From: Laetmonice hystrix
Lineage: Eukaryota
Assembly (NCBI GenBank): GCA_965235115.1
Contig: OZ249451.1
Location: 20,150,001 to 20,214,000 of the forward strand
Length of the DNA stretch: 64,000 nucleotides
Direction: 5' to 3'
Below the pieces are notes generated by a model. That model saw only the letters and a list, made by a program, of their open reading frames with translations. It did no database searches and had not been told where the DNA came from. Position numbers and translations under genes: made by a program. This document shows positions 25,234 to 38,000 of the stretch, piece after piece (position 1 is the first letter of the stretch; each line of letters starts with the position of its first letter).

Positions 25234-28200
25234 GAGAGAGGGGGAGAGAGGCAGAAAGACACAGAGACAGATAGAGAGGTGTAGATGATTGTGAAAGTTC
25301 ATTTTCATAATTCACTATTGCGTTGTTTAGATGCAATCTTGACAGGAATTACTTTCACCTGTCTAATATATTTGACCGGGTAATCTCCAGGAAGGTGTAC
25401 CACTATTTACGGCAAAGACTTGCAAGATGGGAATTCCACATCGTCAGCTAGCCCTCCCTTTCGTGGCAGTTGTTTGTATTAAGGCAAAAAGGAAGAAAGG
25501 ATGGAAATGCCACTTAGAAATTTGAGGTTAGATTTAAAGGTCTATGGCTAGAGAAACGACTAGGCTGTCGAATGTCTGTTGATCAGGATAGCATATTATC
25601 ATATATCAGTTTATAGACGCAACAAACAACTCACAAATATATACTTGAGATGTAGAAACACCAAGGCGGAGAAAATCAAGACGTATTCAATTATATTTCC
25701 CTTCTTTTTAATTTATTAAAGTCTGTAAAGTAATTGACAGCAAGCTAGGTGTGCGAGTTAATTACAAGGGAGATATTTATGGTCCTTTATATGTATGAGA
25801 CAGATTGATATATGTATTGTTGGACCAATCCATTATTTCTCCAAGATGCATTCAATACTGAATATGGTTTGCACGAGTCACAAGCTGCCTATCTTAATTA
25901 AAACTCTGAGATATTGTATTCCGAGCGTGAACCTTTGACCTAGTGTCACCCAAGTGGAAACATCCCGAAGCATGCGCCCAGCAGAGCGTAAGAAAAGAGT
26001 CCGTGTTTATTTTCCAAATTAGAAGCAAGATAAGGACAGCAAGTGGGGTTCATAATAAACTGAGCCAGTCGCCGGGCTAAGTTCACCTACGGACATCCAA
26101 TGTGGCGTGATGCCGCCACATCTATTGAGTGAACGTGGCGCCGCCACGCATGCGCAATAGGCGTGGTGAAACATCAGACGCATCGATGCGAAATGGAGGA
26201 GGGCGTGATGAAATCAGCAGGAAGAACTCATCGGAGTTCGTATCACATCTCACTGCACTGTTGTCACAACGATTCTTGTGACGTCATACGTGCACGCAGA
26301 GCTAGCCGATAAGACGCCGAAGTTTCGCATTGCGTTATCTTGTAGAATCAGGCCGAAATTCACGTCACGACATTGGAAACCTTGGTTTAATCCGACGGTG
26401 ATGTGAGGTAACTCGTTGTACTCCTTTGATGCCTCAGTATTTTGGGATCGGATAACGACGATGTCCTGCAGGATGTGGTCAGATGAAATTCAAGAAGTTG
26501 TTGTAGCCAGAGGGAAATGACAATTGGCTCATTTTCACACCCATTACCTCCACGAGTCTCTCACTCTGAGAATCTGTGGTAAGAAAAATCTTATATCAAA
26601 CCAAGAAACGATGATTTAAAATGATCTGATATGGTACTCTTCGTTACCAACTCTCGGTCAGTCACGTGACATGGCACTGACTCGAGATTTGAAATCCTTC
26701 TCACTGAAATATATCGCACAAAATACCCCACAGGCCTTCGCTCCCAAGGTGTCAAAAAAGGGAATCAGATCCAGGCAGAATGCAAGTTAATACGGGATGT
26801 AAGTTTTTAGTTCCCAATTAGTATGCCATCTTGTCGTATACCGTTTGGAGCGCAACTGTCGTGGTGGTGAAAATGGTAGCATCTAATGGGAAAACATCTC
26901 CTTCATCAATGTTGCATTCACCTTTAGACAAGAGGATACAAGGGGATGGAGAATTTCAAAGGCATTGACAAGCCCCCGCCGGGATATGAACTGTAATTTA
27001 GTGTTGTCGTGGATTACTGCCATGACAATATGCAAATAAGTTCAGGTGTTTAGGAAAAGCACGTAATGCTTATATTTACATATACACACTTGACTGATTA
27101 CTTCGACTTTCGATGTCAACAAGAACGTTCGAACGTAGAAAACGAAATGCGACAAGACTGCGGATAGATATTATAATAAATACTTCTTTTCTTTTATACA
27201 ATAAGTGCTTTCTATACATGTCGCTACAGGGCCAATCATACAGCATTGTGATATAGAGAGCGACCCTAAAAAATAACCTTTCGTGGTAAACAGGTCCACG
27301 ACTGCCTTTTCACGCCCTGCCTACGCCAGCTCCATCCGCCAAGGGAAAGGTTCAGTGCAACTGTTCACCCTTGACTCTCACCGCCTCTTATCGGCACCCC
27401 ATTTGTCTTACCCCATACCTGTCTGTCCCCCAACCTGGGTACGTCTCCCTAACGCCCTGAGGTCGTTAGTATTCATTCAATACAGAACGTTATTTCAAGA
27501 AACCTTTATGTGAACTACAATGGCGGACACTACACACCAATATTACGCATTGAAAACTGCTTTAGTTTAGTTTTAGTAAAATAGTTTTAGTATTGAGAAA
27601 GCATCACCTCATAAGAACGAAATAGAAGAGGACAGTCAAACTAGACTTATTTTCTTTGTTCGCTGTCATAATGGTTTTAACATGTACAACTTAAGAAAAC
27701 GACCTTCTTTAGTCGTGTCGTTTTGAGGACTGTCACCTGGGACAGAAATGTTAGGGCGGATGTGGGGTTTTAGTTTTACCCTACATGTACCGGTGGCAAT
27801 GTTTGCAGTATTTTATCCGTCGTTTGGGTACAGTTCAACCACTTAAAAGTGACCAAGAGGCCGCCATTTGCAAAAACCTTGGCTGAATCAAATAGAAGGT
27901 CAATTGACATTCTCCAATTTCGTTAATGACTCCAAAACGCCTGCAAGACGCTTAATGGCCTTCTTTATTCGGCGTTCTCTTCTTGGCACGGAAAGTCCAT
28001 TAGGTCCTGGCGGCGTGGCTACTTTTCGTTTCCTTCTGCCGGCGCACTAACTACGACTGAGCGGTAGCACGGTGCCCCGTTGACCGGCTCACCCCCAGTC
28101 CAGCCTAATATTCGTCCGCGAGACGCGATGTTTGTCCGGGTGCAGCTTCCGTCCCAAGTTTCCGGTCAAGCTGCCTTTGGTCGAAAACTTTTGTAATAAC

Positions 28201-31200
28201 AAATTAAGGAAGCGATCGCTCATGAATGTCAATGACTTGCAGATCTGTGGGGGCTTTTCCGATGGACGGAGGGGGCTCTCAGAGATATTGCCTGGCCTGG
28301 CCGCCTGTAATTCTCGCCAGTGTGGGCAATCGGGCGCGCACGCTCCGAGCATGCGCATTGACCGTCTTGCGCAGATTGCGTCAAATCCGCCGCCTCTGCG
28401 CACCGGGCGATAATGGGGCAAACCGGCCTAGCTTCAAAGAGGGTGTAAAGACCTTGATTAGACGTTGATTTTCGAGGGAAAATGAGCTGGCTTTGTGCGG
28501 GGTGCGGGTCTTAGGGCGTGCGGTCCATTGATCGGCTAGGGTCAGCACGGTTATGCCGTATTTGGGCTACTTTTGCATGGGCGGACAACCTTTTGGGAGG
28601 TGGCCTCGGAGAGCGGATTTAATTAAACCGAATGCGGCCGAATTAGACCCGTTCCTTCGGTAATCTGGATGTCTTAGTGCTAATTGAATTAAGACCAATT
28701 GTTGGTAGAGTCCCTCGTGAGCGCGATCCAGTATAAAAATCACGTTTCTACCCTGAGGCTGAAAAACGTTCGTTGATATTTCAAACATCGCAGGATGTGT
28801 ATAGTTTTCGTGAACGTGGCGTTTTTCTGAGGCGGCGGCGGGGGGGGGGGGTCAATAAATTATTATTTGTTTATCTATTTGTTTTTGACCGGCGCCCATG
28901 GCAATGTAGAATTTGTACAATCGGCCTATCTCACCTCTAATTGTGAAGGGTGTCGGCCAATAAAAGCCGGCGTGTGATTGTTAGCCGTTAGAAGCAGGTG
29001 TCCGACTGTTGAGATGAATATCCATTCCTAGAATGTTTCCAAACTTTCAAATTCCGATCCACAACTTTCTCCAGGCAACCAAGCACCAATGGTTCCGTAA
29101 ACTCAATCAACTAAATGGATCGCACTGGAGAATATAAATTTAACGAATTTAATTCCGAGACTTTCCAAATAATGCGACTAAGTCACGATAAGCATTCAAT
29201 GAATCGGGGAGTGTATTTTTCCTGTGTATACAGGCGGGCGAATCGAAGGTCATTGAAGGTCAAACATTGAGAACAATGAAGACGTATCTTCCTTATAGCT
29301 GACACCAACGAATGGTAGAAAAATAATTCCCGTTCAAGTCTGCTCGTCTCATAACGAGGCTCTCGCATGACGGATGTCAGGAAGCGGAAAGCTGAACAAA
29401 GACGCACAACCCCCATGACTATGATAAATATTTTAAGCCGGTGGACTCTGATGAGTTTGCTTGGGAAGATTAATATTTGCTTTGTCTCCGACTGAAACGC
29501 GCATAAATCAAGGGATTCGTGAAAGTATGTGTGGTCAGTGTGGGAATTAATTACGACTTGGAGAGAGGGGTCCGTTTGGGAGTAGCTGATCGGATGTGTG
29601 AAGGGAGGGGTCATGGGCTGTCAGAAGGAAGGGGTGTGTGGGTGGGTGGGGGGCTGTCAGAGGGAAGGGGTGTGTGCGTGGGGTGGGGAAGGCTGATGGA
29701 GAGAGGGGTGGGGTGGAGGAGTCGGGGGGGGGGGGACTGCGCCGATTTATGGCCGTTTGAAATAGCGGGGTTTCTTAGAGACGCTCGGAAGAAAACAGGC
29801 TCTGGGGGTGCGGGGGGCAGGGGGAGTTCCAGTCCCGACAGGGGGGAGGTGGGCGTGTTTACGATAACACACAGACGTTAGGAACGCAGGGTTGGACACC
29901 ACTGTGACGAACGGACCATGACGCTGCAGCACGTCGCGTTATAGCGGACCGGTCAGCACACCTGACCACAGGGGGGTTGTTCGTCATCCCCCTCCATAAC
30001 CCCCCACCCCTGTCACCCTCCGCGTCCAGCTGCCAGGCTATCGGATGATACCACCAGACTGACAGGTCACGTGACCATTCAAAGCCTCGTTTTGATAGGA
30101 GTGACCCAACCAAAAGGAAAGAGGAACGAAAACCCCGACACAGACAAAGTATACTCGGCGAATCCTGACATAGAGCAAATATCAATAATCCCTCAACACA
30201 ATAGCCAACATCTCAATCAATCATTTATTTGGACATTCGAACCGGACACAGCGTTCGTTCTGTCCAACCTAAACGACTGCTACTCAACCCATGGACCAAG
30301 GACCCCCGCCCCGCCCCATGTCCTATCGCATGTTCCAGGCACCAAAAAGAAATTAGACGTTTCTAGCGACAACAACTGCAAATCGACCCTTATTGTGGTC
30401 ACTGGGAACGGGTCAGGGAGGTTCAAGTAGACAGGGTGATTGTTTACAACGACGTCCAGCGACAAAATCAGCTTGACCTTTGTGTCTCGAATAACCTTTC
30501 ATCTATAAGGGGAATCTCGTTAACGGTTCCCTCAGAAACAAACTCGCTGTCGCTGATAACGACGGAAATGTTTCCTTTGTGGAACGTTTCAGAGACTTCG
30601 GACGGGGTGGAACGTTTCAGAGACTTCGGACCGTGTAACAAATTTGTCATCTAAAGGGGCCTGCGTATTAAAACACACATACACTTATTTGTTATAAAGG
30701 CGTCAATTTATTCCATTTTCTTCTTTTGATTGAATGTTTTAGGCAGACACTTTAACAAAAGTTTCTGTCTCTTTAAGTGCGGATGACTTTTTTTCAAAGC
30801 TAAGTTCACGACATGTCTGTGTGACCGTCCGGAGCAAATCCGGCCAGCTTGTATTCTGTGTCCAATATATAACAGCACGTCAATCAATGTACAATAGAAT
30901 GACATAAAGTTATGTAGACTCACATGCAAAGTGATGATACATAGAGTGTATAACATGCGGAACTGACAAGGGTGACTACCGACCTTACATTGTGTCGGAC
31001 AGTCTGATCCCACAGTCAGACCTCAACCAACATGAGCAGACGTCAGTATGAATCATGTCACATATCTCAATCTGACGAACGGACGGCTAGGACAGACTGA
31101 CAGACTGTAAAGTTAGCGTTGAGAGAAATGTGGAACTTATTAAATATCGTATTGAGTTTTATACCAGGCGGTATAGGACCAGAGATAACATGTACTTGAC

Positions 31201-31316
31201 GGAGTGTTTAACAGAGGTTATGGTTCCGTCAAACGGGTTTGAATTAACTTTATGAGGCAGCCCTCATCCTATACTCCACACCGTGGTGTCGATATGCCCC
31301 ATGAGGTAAATTGATG

Positions 31317-31707
31317 NNNNNNNNNNNNNNNNNNNNNNNNNNNNNNNNNNNNNNNNNNNNNNNNNNNNNNNNNNNNNNNNNNNNNNNNNNNNNNNNNNNN
31401 NNNNNNNNNNNNNNNNNNNNNNNNNNNNNNNNNNNNNNNNNNNNNNNNNNNNNNNNNNNNNNNNNNNNNNNNNNNNNNNNNNNNNNNNNNNNNNNNNNNN
31501 NNNNNNNNNNNNNNNNNNNNNNNNNNNNNNNNNNNNNNNNNNNNNNNNNNNNNNNNNNNNNNNNNNNNNNNNNNNNNNNNNNNNNNNNNNNNNNNNNNNN
31601 NNNNNNNNNNNNNNNNNNNNNNNNNNNNNNNNNNNNNNNNNNNNNNNNNNNNNNNNNNNNNNNNNNNNNNNNNNNNNNNNNNNNNNNNNNNNNNNNNNNN
31701 NNNNNNN
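31317..31707. other. Assembly gap or masked run (391 N)
   Basis: N run about 1.1 kb upstream of the homeobox exon. Confidence 0.98.
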
Positions 31708-32447
31708 GTGTAATTTACCTGGAGACCTAAATATGTGATGTCACTCCTAACTTTAATCAAATCCAATCACTTACAAGAATATCATTGTCATGATTGTATA
31801 TAGCACACAGATATAATCGAAAGTGATCTCTGGATAAACTGTACATTCTTTTCCCACGCCTACTTTGTGAAAAAGAAATATATATGATATATAAGGCGTT
31901 CTTGTGTTGTCTGCCGTAGCTGGACAGCTGTTGGTTTGGTGACGGTCAGTCTATAGGGCGGGGTAGGGGTCAGTTAGGTCATGTGGTTCGTGACGGTTCT
32001 CTAGACAGAGGTTTAAGGTGAGGGTCTGTCTAATGTCAGGGTATGTCTATCACAGGTCGGACACGCCAAGGAACGGTTGAGTGACCGACCAAGATGTAGG
32101 AGCTATCGTAGATTGATACAAGTCGAATAACATTTAATAAATGTGATTCTTAACAATAACCTCGTTATCAGTGTGTAGGAATCGAATTAGTGAGTGAGTT
32201 GGAAAGAGTATATAATCGAATACACCACCTTACCGAGTTCATGCCGTGCGTGCGAAAAGTCATTTTGTTTTTATACACAAGTATTTCATCGGAAGTCGTT
32301 GAAGGTACTTGTAGCATATGTGATTAACTCGATGGATTTCCCCCGGTGCCTAGCTGTATCCTGGTTAAGCGTTATGCACGATGTATGCATCAGAAAATGC
32401 AAACTTTCTCTAACCTTGGCGTTTTTCGCCGCAATGTATCATGGACA

Positions 32448-32568
32448 CCAGAGACAGCCGAGTGGTGAGGCTGTGTCGTTGGTTTGCCATACACACCAGT
32501 CTGGGATTACTGTCCCTGCCTGGGAAACAAAAATTAATGTCTATCGGCCTTACTAATCTTCCTTCGTT
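32448..32568 (+). mobile_element. Possible degenerate tRNA-derived SINE head
   Basis: A-box-like agccgagtgg (32456-32465), an anticodon-arm-like segment and a degraded B-box gggattactgtccc (32503-32516). ccag...ctgg could pair as an acceptor stem. It runs into an N gap. Confidence 0.4.
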
Positions 32569-32743
32569 NNNNNNNNNNNNNNNNNNNNNNNNNNNNNNNN
32601 NNNNNNNNNNNNNNNNNNNNNNNNNNNNNNNNNNNNNNNNNNNNNNNNNNNNNNNNNNNNNNNNNNNNNNNNNNNNNNNNNNNNNNNNNNNNNNNNNNNN
32701 NNNNNNNNNNNNNNNNNNNNNNNNNNNNNNNNNNNNNNNNNNN
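32569..32743. other. Assembly gap or masked run (175 N)
   Basis: N run in the intron before the homeobox exon. Confidence 0.98.
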
Positions 32744-32789
32744 GTTCGATTTATTTTTACATCGGTGTATTTTGTTATAGCTTTGATAG

Positions 32790-33101
<312 letters not shown>

Positions 33102-34336
33102 CCAAGATGTCCTCATGACTCTGTCTCGTGGTATGACAACTGACAGTAAGAATTAAGTTTGGGAGAGTATAACGACATGGAGATTGACTTTTTTTTTACT
33201 GCTGACTCCAAACTGACATGACTGGAGAGAGAATTAACGAATATTTTGTTTAAAAGAATGTGGTTTGTTTCGATGTGGTGTTCCATATGTCTTCTTGGGG
33301 TAATAATTATACTCTCCGGCGAGTCAGTGAGCTGAGCACAAATGCGGAGGATCATAGGCACCCATATAATGTAGGGAAACTTCGTAAAATGTCCAATCAG
33401 CAAAAAAAGACGGCATTATTATAGAAACGTGGTAGAAAGGGTAAAGTAAAACGCTGTATTTTTATTTTTATTTTTCCCCTTTATGAAAGTATAAAAGAGT
33501 CGTTTTACACGATCAATATTGTAGCCAGTAATATCTATTCTCATGGTATGTTATCCCGTATCACATTACGTCCTTGATACCGTCCTGTGTTTCGGAAGCA
33601 ATGGCGAATTATTGCGCAGGAAGTTGAGCGCTCATAACCCATGCGACGGAATATGAGTCTGTGTAACTTGTATATCGGTCAGCAAGCGAACGTATGGACG
33701 TACGTCCACCCCAGCTAACAACAAGGCCCGTCTAGAAAAGGGGGAAACATTGTAGTTGTCAAGGTAGCGAGGTGCTGACAAGGACTGGTTTTGAACTGCT
33801 GAGGCTCTTCCAATCGTAGAAATCATTGATCTTTAAGGCGAAAAGACTCGGCGAGTCCCGCGAGCAAGACTTGAAGTGGAACTTGGGAATCGTTGGTAGG
33901 CAATTCACCGTCATCGTCGCTGTTATGATCGCTACAGTTACCGCTTGGGACTACTTCTCGTTCTATGCAAACATCTCGAATCTGGACTGCGAGGGGGGAG
34001 CATTTCTACGCATGCGTGGTGGGTTTAGGGGGGGGGGGTTCTGAAGTAAAAAGTAAGTGGACTTCATGGATGGAAAAGTTGTCAACGGGAAGCCGGCGGC
34101 GTCCCTCGCCTACGCACACGTTCGCAGTGACTGTTTGTTGATTGCCGTAGGGTGTTCGATGAGGTCAAAGACAGGGTCATATTATGATATGCCAGGCAAA
34201 AAGGGTAAAGGGTAGCCTTTCAGAAAGGTTTCTCCGCGGTTTATATACAAACACATAATGTCCTAACAATCCGTATGTATTCAGTATGGGCTCTGCAAGA
34301 GTAATACGCCAAACTATTTCAGAGCAATGCAATTGC

Positions 34337-34342
34337 AATAAA
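34337..34342 (+). terminator. Candidate polyadenylation signal of the Antp-class gene
   Basis: First AATAAA I found after the stop codon (about 1.24 kb downstream), followed by AT-rich sequence. Not confirmed without transcripts. Confidence 0.35.
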
Positions 34343-35256
34343 CTTATTTAGTATTTAGTCTCAGTAACCTACTTAACTTGAGGCGCGGGGCTGCAGACTT
34401 TAAAACGAACAACAAAAATGTTCTATCTGTATTAAATACTTTTTTTGTGTTCTTTGGTGCCTGAATAGCTCTAAGAGTGATTGTCACCGGGATCCCGATG
34501 TAGCAAGAGGAAACCGAGTTTCCAGGTTTATACTTTGGGGTTGTGGGATATTTGTAGATCTTAGGGCAGTTTACCACATGTAACATTAGGCTGTCGAGTC
34601 TTTATAGTGCATTCAGTAATTATTGGCGGCGTAAAGCCCAATACAAGGTGATTCCTTAACAAAATCACACCTTTGTTTGACAGGGTAAAGTTTGTTGTTG
34701 TAATTGTTGTTATTAAATGACCTTTAGTATATACATAACACTCCCTGTTGTTATCAATGTATATGTCATGAGGTTTCTACCGTTTCACAGATAAATACAT
34801 TGTGTATTAGTGTATGTGTTTAGGGTCTCACGTAGTTTCACTGCGTCGTTCGATAGACAAATCCCGAGTTCGACGATCGGCGATTCATTGTCATTTAGAT
34901 TAATTTTTGCACCTACTTAATGAGGTTGGCAACTCTTTTCTGCGTGTTCGCATAATTAATCAACCATCTGCTGTCACCCACCTACGTCTTTCCCAACACA
35001 ACGCCATGGGAAGAGAACAAAAGAGAATGCGCCCAACGTGCCAGCGTCCAAGGAGACGATGGCTGCTTGTTTGCTGGGTTTGTGTCTCCAACGAAAACAA
35101 CCAACGGAAGGAAGCCACGTGTAACGCCGCCATCGACACACAGAAGCCACCGGACCGCGAGCCAGTATCCATGGGAACGGGAACACGTGAGAGCAAGAAG
35201 GGTTCGGGCGAAACTCAGTCAGCATGTGAGAGCGTTTCCATGGGAACAGGGGATGC

Positions 35257-35325
35257 CCATGCACCCTGTAGAACCGAGCTTGTGGTACACGCTTCCCTCA
35301 CAAGCCTGTTCCACAGAGTTCATGG
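35257..35325 (+). ncRNA. mir-10: miR-10-family microRNA precursor
   Basis: 5p arm caccctgtagaaccgagcttgtg (35262-35284) matches miR-10b (UACCCUGUAGAACCGAAUUUGUG, from memory) at 20/23 positions. It pairs with cacaagcctgttccacagagttcatgg (35299-35325) across a 14-nt loop. UGUG is at the loop base and CNNC (ctac, 35339-35342) lies 17 nt after the predicted 3p end. Confidence 0.88.
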
Positions 35326-36483
35326 TGCGTTTGCTATGCTACTTCCTGCACGCATGCTGCACAGCTTTGCCTCCAAAAAACAAAAACCAAAAACAAACAA
35401 ACAAAAAAACCCTTCGCTTCTCTTCGGCGTGGGTGGTGTAAGTGCTTCTCATAGTGGTTTCAATCGTGGCGGGTCAATGCTGACTTTTTCACAAAGTCAG
35501 GCAAAGTGATGGCCATCTTGGGTTTCCGTACTTGCTTCGTTATGTTTGATTATGCATTTACTAGTGCCGTGTTGGGGTGTGTGGGTGTATGTGTGTGTGT
35601 CCCGCCGACCAGTAACATTGTGCTGTCGGTCATGACCGTAACATGCAGAGATATATGTGATATTGCTATATGTGTATACAAACTCTTAGCCTCTACCAGA
35701 CACAGGTGCTAAACAAAGCATATTTTCAGATATCTCGGGTGAATGGCTTTGACTAATCCTTTGCTTCTCTCTCTCCCGTTTTCCCCTTTAAAAGATCATT
35801 TTTTACATTCATATTCGATTCCCCTTGCTTCTACTGCCTATTTTTCTATTTCTAAATCCGCGTCCTTGACATTTTGAAAGGTTCAGGAATTGCCTCAAGT
35901 GACAAAGTGCAATGTTGTAATGGACAGCAAATCTGGATTTTTAAAATAAAGCTTCCTGCCTTTGTACAGAAAGAACGATTCATCATTCTCTTTAAACGAG
36001 GTAAATCGACGAACTCTATGCACCTACCACGACACCTATCACAATACTGATTGGTTGACCCTGGTCACGTGACCCCCCGACCCTTGGTCCTGACATTTTA
36101 GCATGCATGTGGTAACTACAGGATGTGTTGTGCTCCCGTCCCAGATATGGGTCAGTGGGTCTTGACCAGCAAGGTCTAGTCACAGACAAATATGGGGATT
36201 TAATTACCCATGATGTGCATACTTAGAGTGCCTTAGTGTGAGTTTGGAGAACATCGACAACAATAATTTACGGCTGACAACTATTATAGAGTAGAGCTGA
36301 ATTGTGTGACAAACTCGGAGACTGCCTGAATATAAAACGGCTGAGGGTCCTTGAACAGTATTACCTGAACTACTCTGTGGTCCTTTCACCAACACAAAAC
36401 CCTGGCAGTCTGCAAACATTGCTATAATCTATAAACACGAGTCTCCCTACTAGACGTATGGTATATATGCAGCGAAGTTCAAT

Positions 36484-38000
36484 GTGATGGTTAGCGCTAA
36501 TCATCATCACCACTATACAAGTTGAGTGTGATTGTTAGACCTAATCATCATCACCACTATACAAGTTGAGTGTGATTGTTAGACCTAATCATCATCACCA
36601 CTATACAAGTTGAGTGTGATTGTTAGACCTAATCATCATCACCACTATACAAGTTGAGTGTGATTGTTAGACCTAATCATCATCACCACTATACAAGTTG
36701 AGTGTGATTGTTAGACCTAATCATCATCACCACTATACAAGTTGAGTGTGATTGTTAGACCTAATCATCATCACCACTATACAAGTTGAGTGTGATTGTT
36801 AGACCTAATCATCATCACCACTATACAAGTTGAGTGTGATTGTTAGACCTAATCATCATCACCACTATACAAGTTGAGTGTGATTGTTAGACCTAATCAT
36901 CATCACCACTATACAAGTTGAGTGTGATTGTTAGACCTAATCATCATCACCACTATACAAGTTGAGTGTGATTGTTAGACCTTATCATCATCACCACTAT
37001 ACAAGTTGAGTGTGATTGTTATACCTTATCATCATCACCACTATACAAGTTGAGTGTGATTGTTAGACCTTATCATCATCACCACTATACAAGTTGAGTG
37101 TGATTGTTAGACCTAATCATCATCACCACTATACAAGTTGAGTGTGATTGTTAGACCTAATCATCATCACTATACAAGTTGAGTGTGATTGTTAGACCTT
37201 ATCATCATCACCACTATACAAGTTGAGTGTGATTGTTAGACCTTATCATCATCACCACTATACAAGTTGAGTGTGATTGTTAGACCTAATCATCATCACC
37301 ACTATACAAGTTGAGTGTGATTGTTAGACCTAATCATCATCACCACTATACAAGTTGAGTGTGATTGTTAGACCTTATCATCATCACCACTATACAAGTT
37401 GAGTGTGATTGTTATACCTTATCATCATCACCACTATACAAGTTGAGTGTGATTGTTAGACCTTATCATCATCACCACTATACAAGTTGAGTGTGATTGT
37501 TAGACCTAATCATCATCACCACTGTACAAGTTGAGTGTGATTGTTAGACCTAATCATCATCACCACTGTACAAGTTGAGTGTGATTGTTAGACCTTATCA
37601 TCACCACTATACAAGTTGAGTGTGATTATTAGGCCTAATCATCATCACCACTATACAAGTTGAGTGTGATTGTTAGACCTTATCATCATCACCACTATAC
37701 AAGTTGAGTGTGATTGTTAGACCTTATCATCATCACCACTATACAAGTTGAGTGTGATTGTTAGACCTTATCATCATCACTATACAAGTTGAGTGTGATT
37801 GTTAGACCTAATCATCATCACCACTATACAAGTTGAGTGTGATTGTTAGACCTTATCATCATCACCACTATACAAGTTGAGTGTGATTGTTAGACCTAAT
37901 CATCATCACCACTATACAAGTTGAGTGTGATTGTTAGACCTTATCATCATCACCACTATACAAGTTGAGTGTGATTCTTAGACCTTATCATCATCACCAC
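36484..38000. repeat. Minisatellite, 44-bp unit, about 34 copies
   Basis: Consensus is ct(a/t)atcatcatcaccactatacaagttgagtgtgattgttagac. A few units have 3-bp deletions. Confidence 0.97.

Noticed and set aside
30071-30654. ORFs in the promoter-like region as candidate Antp exon 1 (NPWT, MFPLW)
   Set aside because: No true hexapeptide, no Met-initiated frame reaching a phase-1 donor, and no Hox-like N-terminus.
31304-31720. aggtaaatt/aatttacct inverted repeat flanking the N gap
   Set aside because: Only 9 bp and AT-rich, so it cannot support a MITE call without the gap sequence.
34820-34885. tRNA T-arm-like ccgagttcgacgatcgg
   Set aside because: No convincing A-box, D-arm or acceptor stem.
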